DNA of 64,000 bases from the human T2T-CHM13v2.0 reference genome, Homo sapiens, in assembly GCF_009914755.1 (NCBI RefSeq), contig NC_060937.1. One strand, written 5' to 3'. The notes under the pieces are model-generated. The model worked only from the letters and a program-made list of their open reading frames with translations. It ran no database searches and was not told the origin of the DNA. The translations under genes and the position numbers were made by a program. Shown here one piece after another: positions 13,732 through 24,910 of this stretch. Position 1 is the stretch's first letter, and every line of letters begins with the position of its first letter.

Positions 13732-14263
13732 GAGCTGTAACACTTACCACGAGGGTCTGCTGCTTCATTCCTGAGGTCAGTGAGACCATGAACCCACCAG
13801 AAGGAATAAACAACTCTGGATGCACTGCCTTTAAGAGCTGTAACACTCACTGCAGAGGTCTGCAGCTTCACTCCCTAAGTCAGCGAGACCATGAACCCAC
13901 TGGGAGGAACAAACAACTCCAGACGCACTGCCTTTAAGCGCTGTAGCACTCACTGCAAAGGTCTGTGGCTTCACTCCTTAAGTCAGTGAGACCATGAACC
14001 CACTGGGAGAAACAAACAACTCCAGACACGCCACCTCTAAGACCTGTAACACTCACTGTGAAGTTCTGTGGCTTCACTCCTTAAGTCAGCGAGACCACGA
14101 ACCCACCAGAAGGAAGAAACTCCAGACACATCTGAACATCTGAAGAAACAAATTCTGGACACACCATTTTTAAGAGCTGTAACACTCACCGCGAGGGTCC
14201 GCAGGTTCATTCTGGAAGTCAGCGAGACCAAGAACCCACCAGAAGGAATAAATTCCGGACACA
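13732..14263 (+). repeat. Tandem array inside LTR12: three 103-bp units, one 133-bp unit and a ~90-bp terminal unit
   Basis: Unit starts at 13732, 13835, 13938, 14041 and 14174. Confidence 0.9.
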
Positions 14264-14340
14264 CCTACAGCTGAAATCAATAGCAGATCTGTACAGCTAC
14301 AGACTCCATGCTCTCTACATAAATAAAATGACCACCACTC

Positions 14341-14493
14341 GGGTGCCTGTAGTCCCAGCTACTTGGGAGGCTGAGGCAGGAGAATGGCATGAATCCGGAA
14401 AGGTGGAGCTTGCAGTGAGCCGATATCATGCCAATACACTCCAGCCTGGGCAACAGAGCAAGACTCCATATTTAAAAAAAAAAAAAAAAAAAA
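14341..14493 (+). mobile_element. 5'-truncated AluY-type right arm
   Basis: cctgtagtcccagctac..gagaatggcatgaa..ggagcttgcagtgagcc plus A20 tail. Confidence 0.93.
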
Positions 14494-14968
14494 GGCAACC
14501 ACTTAACACAGCACCTCAGAAAAAAATAATAATCAGAAAAATTTACTTGCAATTTAAAAATTTTTTTAAATGGAGTATATTCTCCCTTATGAGAAGATCT
14601 ATTTTATAAGGGAGGAGAGATTGTTTTATTGTGTTCTTAAGAAGCAGTTTAAACTACACCGTTATATCTCTCAGATTCAAATCATAGAATGAACTTCAAA
14701 ATTAGATGTGTGTATGCTGTGATTTTGGAGGATCAGAAGCAGGACTGACAACAAAAGACCTTGGAACACAAATCACTACTCTTTGTAACGAAAATAGTTT
14801 ACTGCTTGAAGAGTGACTTCTTTGTATATTTCTATTTCTAATATAGATCACTTCAAATAATCATGTTTTTCTTTCATTTGTAGATCTATACATGGAATCA
14901 TGATAGGTATTTAGAAGTGAATTTAGAAAATTTAGGTGAATCAAGGACAAATAAGAATGCTTATCTGA

Positions 14969-15279
<311 letters not shown>

Positions 15280-15294
15280 TTGCTTTTATAAGGG

Positions 15295-15420
15295 ACAGCA
15301 TGGCATGGTGGAATGCTCATAGTCTTTATATGACAGAATTAATCACTCACTCTCCTACTTCCTAACAGTGGGGGAATTACTTAATGTCTGCAGTTACCAG
15401 TTACTTCATCTGTAAACAAT
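15295..15420 (+). mobile_element. MIR fragment
   Basis: acagcatggcatggtggaa..ttacttaatgtctg..cagttacttcatctgtaaa. Confidence 0.6.
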
Positions 15421-16889
15421 ATATAGCTAGACATTCAATATATGATTTTCTAAATAATAAATTGATATTTCAGAACACCCCAGATGGAGACTGGCATCCA
15501 ATAGGTAACTGATGAAATGTAACACTAAAATATGAAAGATAAGTTATGTTGAACTCAATTTTTCATATTTCAAAAATTTTAGAGAATTAGCCTTTCCTGA
15601 AAAAGAAAAATAATATGGGTTGCCTGACCTGACTTGCTGACTCAAGAAACCTTCATGTCAAACCAATTTTAAGTCTTATGACTGTATTTATGTTCCAAGA
15701 CAATTAGGACTTGAAAATCTTTTAAATACTGGAAGTTAATCCGTCTTCTTTCAGACTGTCATCTAGCCAAGTGTTATTGGCTTAGTTAGGTAAAAATGAT
15801 TCCAACTACCAAGAAAAGATTTTCATTTTATTTTTAAAGCACAGTTTGAATCCTGATGCTTTCTACATATTTCCTCAATAAATTAATCTTTGCTTTAACA
15901 AATGCAAATTTAAATCACAAAAAAAAAGAAAAATCCTTCTAAAATGTATTAGTCAATTTTATGGATCTTTATAAGTGCTTTAAGATTAATGGAGTATATA
16001 TGTGCCAAAAGGAAATTTCTTCAAATGCCATATTGTGCTGAAGAATATTTAAGGGGGAAGATCATATTTTATATTTAGGAAGTAAAATGTGAAGTCTTTC
16101 TTCTGCCATATTTGCTGGGATTTCCAACTCTTGGCATATAATGTTCTACAGAATAAATATACAGAGAGAGAAATTTTGAGTTAATTAATATCAAGTGTTC
16201 ATTTGGACTAGCTGATAACTACACATAGCTTGATAAGAATGAAATAGAGAATACTCTTGGATAACAAAGTTTGATGACAATTAAATCAAATTTAGGTTAT
16301 AGCAAAGCCCTTAATATTTTCAGGTAGCAGAGGATGTATGCTAGATTTCTCTGGATAGCTTCAACTTCAAATGTTGCCATTCTAGCAGCCACATTTGGAA
16401 AATGAGCTATACAATATAAATGTCAATTTAGGAAAATAATTATTTAATTCTGACAGTGAAAAACACAAGAAAAAATTCTGAGCTATTGCCTACTTGTCAT
16501 TGTTTTAAAATGAAATAAAAACATTAATTTAAAAAAACACTTCCCAACCAGAAACAATTAAAAAGAACAACTATAAAAACAGACAATAATAATTTTCCAA
16601 AACCTATTTACTTTTATCTGCTTCTATAATATCTCTTACTCTGTGATATCAATTTAAATAAAAAGGGATTGGATAAATTTATGTAAAAAATGTCCATTTT
16701 AATGTAACAGTTTTGCCCTCAAGGGCTAATATCACAAGTTTTCAGTAAACAGAACCTGCCACAACATAATATGCTTCAGTGAATGTTTCCCAAGAAGAAA
16801 GAAAAAAGCAGTGAAGAAACTTGCTTCTTTTGTTTTAGTAACATTACTATAGCTCAGGCTTTGAAGGCTCTGTTGTATGTCACCCAGTG

Positions 16890-17075
16890 CAGGATTGCCA
16901 GAGTGAACAATTAACAACAGAGGATGCCAAATTCAATTTAATTTAAGATGAGCAATGAGATAACAACATAAGTATATGCCACGCAATGTCTGGGACATAG
17001 TTACACTAACAAGAAAATACCTGTTGATCTGATACTCAAAATTGCTTTGTTTTTTAATTTTATCTGGCAACCCTA
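16890..17075. mobile_element. MER53 palindromic hAT-type MITE
   Basis: Termini caggattgccaga / tctggcaacccta; central taagtatatgccacgcaatgtctgggacatagtta. Confidence 0.85.
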
Positions 17076-17107
17076 GTCTAGTCATATTAATTCTTAGTCT
17101 GTTAAGA

Positions 17108-17196
17108 TACTTTCTAATTTTCCAGTGAAAATTAGAAAGTAAATGTGGAAAATTAGAAAGTTCAGTGGAAAATTAGAAAGTTACTTTCTAATTTTC
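17108..17196. repeat. Five copies of a 14-bp motif (gaaaattagaaagt) in mixed orientation
   Basis: Copies in order -,+,+,+,-; two perfect hairpins. Confidence 0.95.
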
Positions 17197-17430
17197 AGTG
17201 GTAACTGCTTCTTTTAATTTTTAATAATTTTCCAAGATAAAGGTTTAAGGCATATCCTTAACAAGCAGGCCAAAAAATAAAAAAAATACTGGAGTACGTT
17301 TTGATGGCAATAAATACGCTTAAGTCATTAGAACTATGTTTTTGCTCTTGCACTTTAGTTTTCTTACTATTTTCACACATCAATTATAAGACAAATGTTA
17401 TTCCACTCTGGCTTATGATATTGATTTAAA

Positions 17431-17486
17431 TTCAATGTTACTTTTAGAGAGAAAAAAATTCAACGTTACTTTTAGAGAGAAAAAAA
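17431..17486. repeat. 28-bp tandem duplication
   Basis: ttcaa(t/c)gttacttttagagagaaaaaaa twice. Confidence 0.95.
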
Positions 17487-17523
17487 TTTAGTAGGAAAAC
17501 AATTTCTTTTATATTCACTTTTT

Positions 17524-17936
17524 TGTATTAGGCCATCCTTACATTGCTATAACGAAATACCTGAGACTGGGTAATTTATAAGAAAAGAGATCTAATTGGC
17601 TCATGTTTCTGCGGGCTGTGCAGAAAGTGTACTGGCATCTGCTTCTGGGGAGGCATCAGGAAGCTTCCAGTCATAGCAGAAGGCAAAGGGAGAGCAGGCA
17701 CGTCAAATGGTGAAAGCATGAGCAAAAGTGAGAAGCGGAGAAATGCCATACACTTTTAAACAACCAGATCTTGTGAGAACTCACTATCATGAGAACAATA
17801 CCATGTGGATGGTGCTAAACCATTCATGAGAAATCCACCCCCATGATCAAGCCATCTCCCACCAGGTCCCACCTCAAATATTGGAGATTACAATTTAATA
17901 TGAAATTTGGATGGGGACACAATTCAAGCTATATTA
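17524..17936 (-). mobile_element. MST (MSTB/MSTA1-like) solo LTR
   Basis: tgtattaggccatcc..acctgagactgggtaatttata..ggtgctaaaccattcatgagaaatccacccccatgatc. Confidence 0.92.
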
Positions 17937-18341
17937 CTTTGGTTACCTTATAATGATATGCCTTTTTATTAGGGTAGAGATAGAAATATATAAATGAAAT
18001 GAGCAATATATTGTGCATTAAACTTAAAGACATACGGGAATCGCATAGCAGTGCTTTTTGTTTCTTTGTTTTTATTTCTTCTCCTTCATAATTTAATCAG
18101 GAACCTAAGAACTCCATATATCCTATCTTTGCTACTGGGGAAAAAGTAAATAATAAATAATTTTTGTCTGATTTCTGATATAGGAGGAATAAAACTTCAG
18201 TATTTCTATTGGCAACTAATTATAGTATTTAATTTTTCTTTATTGAAGTTCAAAAAAAATATAATGGGGTAGGATTGTGACACTGGTAGTGAGACTTTTA
18301 CAATTTGTCAGCTTTTCCCTTTCTTCCCCCCCAAAATGATA

Positions 18342-18393
18342 CATTCACTTATTCTACAAATATTTATTGAGTGCCTACTATGTGCCAAGTGTT
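18342..18393 (-). mobile_element. L2 3'-terminal fragment
   Basis: cattcacttattctacaaatatttattgagtgcctactatgtgccaag. Confidence 0.75.
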
Positions 18394-18865
18394 ATTTTTT
18401 AATATACTGCTAAAGAGCTGATTCTATAGAAGACATTGTTTTATTCCTGGAACAAATTGAGAATTAGGCTTGAAGCTTACCATAAGTTGCAAGGCCAAAG
18501 AGTTAGTCTTAAGTCCCTCTTCTCCCAATAGGAAGAATAAAACCAAGCTTAGCTTCTGAAGAAGTTCATGACTTTTTCCACCACACAGGGGGACTGTAAC
18601 ATGCCATACATTCGAGAACCCCAGCTATCCCAATGTCTCCAGGTCCTGGGCACTAGCTTTCCTGCATAACGAGTAAAGTGCTGACACTCGGAGTTCAGAC
18701 TGCCATTGCACCACACAGCCTGCACGTGTTTGTACTGACAAGGCTATTTACTTCTGTTGCGTTATTGGAGGAAGATGCATGGAAGAGAGGATTCCCTCTA
18801 AAACTAGACTCACCCATACCCAGCAGAAGCGCAGACCTGAAACATTTCCATGGAATGCTGTGGAC

Positions 18866-18965
18866 TGTATTAATCAGGGTTCTCCAGGGAAATAGAACCA
18901 ATAGGGGAGATAGATCAATTGATAGATCAGTTAGTTGATCGATCAATCAGTAGATAGATAAAAAT
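18866..18965 (-). mobile_element. MLT2 (ERVL) LTR terminal fragment with a degenerate (GATA)n tract
   Basis: tgtattaatcagggttctccagggaaatagaaccaatagg. Confidence 0.8.
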
Positions 18966-19227
18966 ATTTTATCTTCAAATGTGGCTAACCTGCCTTTAAA
19001 CACATCCACAAAGTTACCAATTTCAGTTATCCAACTTTAATTTTTAATTCCATTGGGCTTTGCTCCTTTCTTTCCTCTCTCTCTTCTTTCTACTTTTCTT
19101 TCTTCTTTCCTCTCTCTCTTTTCAGTCTTCTACCAAAATGCAGCTTGCATTTTATTTCTTGAACATATTAATGAAAGTTATTTTAAGTCCATGATTGATA
19201 ACTACATTATATTTTCCTCTGTAGGTC

Positions 19228-19652
19228 TGCTATGGTTTGGATGTGATTTGCTCCCACCAAAGCTAATTTTGAAGTTACATCCCCAGTGTGGCAGTGTTGC
19301 GAGAGGTGGGGCCTAGTGGAAAGTTCTGAGTCTTGGGGACAGATCCCTCCTGAATAGATTTATGCCTTCCTGTGTGAGTGAATACTGGCTCTAAAGATAA
19401 TGGATTCGCTCTTGTGAGAGTGAGTTGTTATATATTGAGCTTCCTCCTTCTGTCTGGTTCTTTTTCACATGTAACAGTTCACCCTTTCACATTCTGCCAT
19501 TTTATTAAGCAGCACGAAAGTCTTCACCATAAGCCAGTGCCGTGGCCATGAACTTCCCATTCACCAGAAATGTGAGCTAAATAAGCCTCTTGTATTTATA
19601 AATTACCTAGTTTCAGGTATTCTGTTACAGTAATACAGAACAGACTTAGACA
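19228..19652 (+). mobile_element. MST (MSTB1/MSTC-like) solo LTR
   Basis: tgctatggtttggatgtg..tataaattacctagtttcaggtattctgtta..cagacttagaca. Confidence 0.9.
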
Positions 19653-19718
19653 GAGTCTATGTATTTTCTGTTGTTTCTTTGGTTTTACATCATTTTTTGT
19701 TTTGTTTATTTATATGGC

Positions 19719-20455
19719 AGCATTAGGCCATTCTTGCATTGCTTATAAAGAAGTACCTGCCTGTAATCCCAGCACTCTGGGAGGCTGAGGCGAACGGATC
19801 ACGAGGTCAGGAGATCGAGACCATCCTGGCTAACATGGTGAAACCCTGTCTTTACTAAAAAAAAATACAAAAAATTAGCCAGGCGTAGCGGCAGGCGCCT
19901 GTAGTCCCAGCTACTCAGGAGGCTGAGGCAGAAGAATGACGTGAACCTGGGAGGCGGAGCTTGCAGTGAGCAGAGATGGCACCACTGCACTCCAGCCTGG
20001 GCGACAGAGCAAGACTCTGTCTCAAAAAAAGAAAAAAAAAAAAAAAAGAATTACCTTAAGACTGGGTAATTTATTTTAAAAGAGGCTTAATTGGCTCACA
20101 GTTCTGCAGGATATATAAGAAACATGGTGCTGGCATCCACTTATGGAGAAGCTTCCCATCATGGCAGAAGACAAAGGGGAAGCAAGCAGGTAACATGGCA
20201 AAAGCAGAAGCAAGAGAGAGAAAGCACTAGGGTGCTGGGTGGGGGGGAGTGGGGGCGGGGTAGGTGCCGCACACTTTTAAACAACCAGATTGCCTGTGAA
20301 CTCAAGAGTGAGAGCTCACTTTTCACCAAGGGGATAGCCCAAGCCATTCATGAGAAATCCACTTCCATGATCCAATATCTCTCATCAGGCCCCAACTTCA
20401 ACACTGGGGATTACATATCAACCTGAGACTTGGGTGGAATATCCAAACTATATTC
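19719..20455 (-). mobile_element. MSTB solo LTR interrupted by AluY
   Basis: cattaggccattcttgcattgc..agactgggtaattt..aagccattcatgagaaatcc..atccaaactata; TSD atggc/atgcc. Confidence 0.9.
19759..20044 (+). mobile_element. AluY lacking about 25 nt at the 5' end
   Basis: gatcacgaggtcaggagatcgagaccatcctggctaac and ggagcttgcag diagnostics; TSD aaagaagtacct / aaagaattacct. Confidence 0.97.
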
Positions 20456-21245
20456 ATGCCTGATCATTTTTTGCTATGTGAAGGGTATTGTACATGAAAA
20501 ACTGCAGCCATAATTTGAAATTTAGAATAACGTTTTCTTCCTCATATTATTTACAAATATGAGTATGGTTTTGGGTGACTGTTTATATTCAGTCCCTGAA
20601 TTGCTACAAAAAATATAGTATTAAAGTTAATTGCTTAGCCACTGAAGATAAAGAAATAATATTCTGGGGTTTTTCCTACCTCACATATATCGTCTATGAA
20701 ATTCCAATTTATTGCCTTCTCTTCACATTCTTTTTGTTTAAATAAAGATATTGCAGTTAATGTTTTCTAGTGTTTCAAGAGCTTTCTTTTGAGAATCAAA
20801 GAATGCCAGCCCTGTTCAGAGCAAGTATAACACGTGTATATCTTGAACGTTTTTAGTAAAGTTTTATAGTTTGATATATCTGACTCCTTGAATATATAGC
20901 CAATGTCTATATATTGTGTTCCCATTCACCCTGGCCCAGTATGTTATCACATATCTGGAGGAATTTTGTACCATTTAATTGTCTTCCCTACTTCTAATCC
21001 TAATCTATTCCACTCTACATTAACTTCATTGTAAAATACCTTTTAAAATGTCTTTTTTTACTGACAATCATTCTGTTGATTTCACGTGAATATAAGTTCA
21101 TGCACGTACTTCTTAGCAAATCAGTTAAAGTTCCCAACATATAATCCAGTGTTCCTTTTTAGCACTACCTGGTAAAAACTCTTATTCAGGAAGAAAGATC
21201 AACTCAACTTTTGGCAGCTGCCCATTGCAATTTTGAATTACTTGC

Positions 21246-21584
21246 TGTTAGTTTCGCTGTTTATTTTTCCCTGGCATTCATATACTGAAGCCTAATCATG
21301 TATGTGCTGTTAGCAGGAGGTGAGGCCTTTGGCAGAGCCCTCATGAATAGGGTAAGTGCTCTTACGAGACACATCCCACGTAACTATAGAGCATCTCCTT
21401 CCTCCACGTAAGGACACAGTGAGAAGGTGCAGTGTACGAACCAGAGTCCTCACCAAAAATTGAATTGGCCAGCTCCTTGACTTTGGACTTTCCAACTTCT
21501 AAATCTGTGAGAAATAAATTTTTGTTGTTTATAAACTACCCAGTCCATGGTATTATTTTATAGCAGTCCAAATGGATTAAGACA
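21246..21584 (+). mobile_element. MLT1A/MLT1A0 solo LTR
   Basis: gccctcatgaataggg..aggacacagtgagaagg..tgtgagaaataaatt..atggattaagaca; 5-bp TSD cttgc/cttgc. Confidence 0.88.
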
Positions 21585-22275
21585 CTTGCTAATTCTATTT
21601 TCTCATTGTTATGTTCTCCAATTTTACTTATGCTTTTTTTTCTACCACTATTTACATTCTTCCCAGCTCACAATACAAATACGAATCTTTCCGTCATTTA
21701 AAATTACGTTGATCTAAAATCAACATGCAGCTTAGTTACAACTTAGTAGTTTTTTTCTTTTTTACATTTGAATATGTTACCTCTCTAATGTGTTAGAAAA
21801 CACAATATTAAATTATTTTCATTTTTCAGTATTTAGGATATAATTATTCACATATGAGTTATTCATTTAAGTACATATAAATAACTATGAACAAATTCAT
21901 ATCTCTGAAAAGTGAAGTTTTCTCTTTGGAATTTCTTCATTGCCCTGTTATCAGGATTTAGAAACTCATCATTTAGATATTCTAACTAGTCTTAAAGTTT
22001 GACTATTTTTTTGCACTCTTTTTTTAAAAAATATTTTTTGTTTAACATAAAAAGCTTTCACATTCTGTGTTACTCCAACTTCCTGATAAATTTCTCTCAC
22101 AGAATAAAACATCCATTATTGAAAAAACCGTCAATAAATAAAAAGTAAACATTTTAATTATTGTATACATAATTAAGTATATTATATGATAAACAGTATT
22201 TTTTTAATAATATATCACAGAGCCCTTGTCATGATGCTTAACAAGACCTGATTCTATGTTAAGAGTCATTGAACT

Positions 22276-22582
22276 GGCCAGGCATGGTGGCTGATGCCTA
22301 TAATCCCAACACTTTTGGGAGGCTGATGCGTTCCAATCACGTGAGGCGAGGAGTTTAAGACCAGCCTGACCAACATGGCAAAACCTTGTCTCTACTAAAA
22401 ATACAAAAAAATTTACCTGGGCATGGTGGCTGATGCCTGTATTTCCAGCTGCTTGGGTAGCTGAGGGACGAGAATCACTTGAACCCGGGAGGTGGAGGTT
22501 GCATTGGGCAGAGATCACGTCACTGCACTCCAGCCTGGGTGACAGAGCAAAGACCCTGTCTCAAACAAACACACAAACAAAA
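22276..22582 (+). mobile_element. Alu (AluSz/Jb-like)
   Basis: Full dimer; perfect 12-bp TSD agtcattgaact. Confidence 0.97.
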
Positions 22583-23284
22583 AGTCATTGAACTTCCAAA
22601 ATCAAAGTTTAATTCCTCATCACACTCTAACGTACATAATATTGTCTAGAATTTTTCTGTTTAAAGTATGAAGTTAACTCATGAAAGTGAAAAGTAAGTC
22701 TTTATAAAAAGACTATTTTTCTCTTAGTGGCTGTGATAAATAAACGTTATGAATAGAAGTTCTGATCTTACATTGCTTAATAGAAAATGGGAACAAAGTA
22801 AATTTATCACTGCAAAATGAGTATTTTCAAAACCATAAATCTTCTAAGATTAAAAGACTTGGTTAAATTTATTTTAAGGTATATTTTCTAAAAATAATTT
22901 GATATCAACAATTAATATAACTGATGGAATGTGAAGTCTTATGCTATAATGAGTTAAGATTTACAGCTATGTATCATCATTACATGTCCAGTTTAAAATC
23001 TATTTGCACTCACAACTAAAAATAAATCCCATTGCAATAACAGAAAAAAAGATAACATAGCAGTGAAAAGCTACGTACTTTCAGAAGAGATATACTTACC
23101 TGCATTTATGTTTAATACTTAATTTTTAAAAATTGGCTCTTCAAAAATGAATCAGTTATTTTATTCTATGAATTTATTAGAAAAAAACATATTTTAAGCT
23201 CTTCAGCATTAAACTGCTGCCTCCAAAAAGTGTTCACTATGTGGGGTAAGAGAAAATTATAATAGTTCCCACTTATTGTTTTAT

Positions 23285-23420
23285 ATTTTTTATCCCCATT
23301 TTACTTTTGAAGACAGTTATTCAGGGAAATTAGTAACTTTTCAAGCACACTCATCTCTGATTTGGCTGAACCAACGCCACTGTAGTGTATCAAGGATTCT
23401 GACTCTAAATTCTATGCTTC
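23285..23420 (-). mobile_element. MIR fragment
   Basis: ttatccccattttac..agtaacttttcaag..tctgactctaaa. Confidence 0.6.
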
Positions 23421-24619
23421 TCATTTAATTTCCTGCCATGAATAATGTGAGGAGTACTTGAGAAAAGCTAGCTGAGTAGTTTATTTTGAAGTTTTTACAC
23501 AAGACAAAGTGCTTCAGAGTGAATCAGACCAAGGACACATGCATAATAATATCAATCTGTTAGTGTCATTAGAATGAAAAATATTGCCATAAAATAAGGA
23601 TTTAAAAGAAATCTGGTCTTCATTATCCACATCTCACCTTTAAGGAATACTAAGGAAAATGACTATCTTGTTTATATAAATGCATTAAAGCTGTAGTGAT
23701 TTTTCTCTGATGTATTTTAAAGGGCACTGTAAAGACTCTTTACATTAAAAAAACTTGGCAAACATTTGTTTTTCTTTAAAGCTTCTCAATAATGTATCTG
23801 AGAATATTCATTTAATTAATGATCTATTTGACAGGCACCCTTTATTTCCTTGTTTTTTTATATTTTACAAATTAGCATTTTGTTTGTTAACCATAATATT
23901 CATGTGTCTCTATAAAAACAAGTTAGCTATTATAACAGGAGCCTGTATTGAATTGTAGAATTTTTTTCTCTAAAATAATCTAAGCATTAATTATTATTTA
24001 TTTTCTTACCATTATGGGAAGCTTTCTTCTTTTTTTACCAAAACATGAAAAAAATTTAACAATTCAGATCACATTGTAATGTAAAATTATCATGCTTGCA
24101 ATCTGGACTCTGAGAAAAAACTACTGTTTTACAGATAAGGATTTTTGTTTTATTAATTACAAAGAATTAGCTCTTGATTCAGTTGGATACGTGACCAGGA
24201 AGTGACCAACTATACTGGAGTAGGCAGAGATAAAAGATTCAACATTCACAGAAAAATGGGTAGACAACAGAAAATTTGGCACCATCTCAGCATGTCAGAA
24301 CTTACAATCTCAGTGTCATTAAAAAGTATATATAATATTAATCTCACTTTTCATCTTGTAAGAATTATGTTAACATACTTTTTAGTCATCAAGATCAATA
24401 GTAGAAAATTCATCAAACTGGATATGCGATTTTTAAAAAGCACATGAAAAAAGTGCAATCCAAAATAGTGTGCAGAGAATCTTTGAACTGAGTGAAGTCA
24501 CACATAGGAATAGAATCAATGTGGAGGTGTCATAAATTGGAAATTGTTTTGAAGTTGATTGGCAAGATTATGGATGACATTTTCTTTCTCTTGGGATTTC
24601 AGAATTGCTTTAAATTGTT

Positions 24620-24910
24620 CTATCTCTCATCTGTACCTTCTCCTAAAGAGAAAGAAATTGGTCTTTTTTCACCATCGTATGCTGGGTGAGCAAGTTTGGA
24701 GAGGTGGGCAGGAAATTTCATTTTAGTCTATATGTCTTTGTACCAAAGAAAGCCACAAGACCTGATGGAGAAAGTTTTACATCACCCAGAGATCCCAGAT
24801 TTTGAGCAGCCTGCAGTGACTGAATGGGGCACTATATCTCCCAGAAGGAGGAGTGAGTGTGCCAAATATTTGGGAAGAAACATAAAATTAGGTAAGGGGA
24901 AGAGCAGTCC
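24620..24910 (+). mobile_element. MLT1-internal 3' fragment
   Basis: ttttagtctatatgtc..aagccacaagacctgatg..catcacccagagatcccagattttgagc resembles the MLT1-int 3' end. Confidence 0.55.

Larger units (their letters stand above)
13426..14263 (+). mobile_element. LTR12 (ERV9) solo LTR, 5'-truncated
   Basis: Repeated caccaatcagcactctg units, gggaataaaagc, cacaataaatcttgctgctgctc, gagctgtaacactcacc repeats; ends aattccggacaca. Confidence 0.95.
19015..20545 (-). mobile_element. Old L1M 5'/ORF1-region pieces (about 19015-19227, 19653-19718, 20456-20545) separated by younger insertions
   Basis: ttcttgaacatattaatgaaagttattttaagtcc..gataactac; atgcctgatcattttttg..attgtacatgaaaaact. Confidence 0.5.

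Noticed and set aside
13732-14263. Regularly spaced repeats suggesting a CRISPR-like array
   Set aside because: The whole 103-bp unit repeats with no unique spacers, it belongs to LTR12, and there are no cas genes in this primate DNA.
23093-23102. Perfect minus-strand splice donor CAG|GTAAGT
   Set aside because: I found no convincing acceptor or open exon to pair with it, and isolated donor matches are expected by chance.
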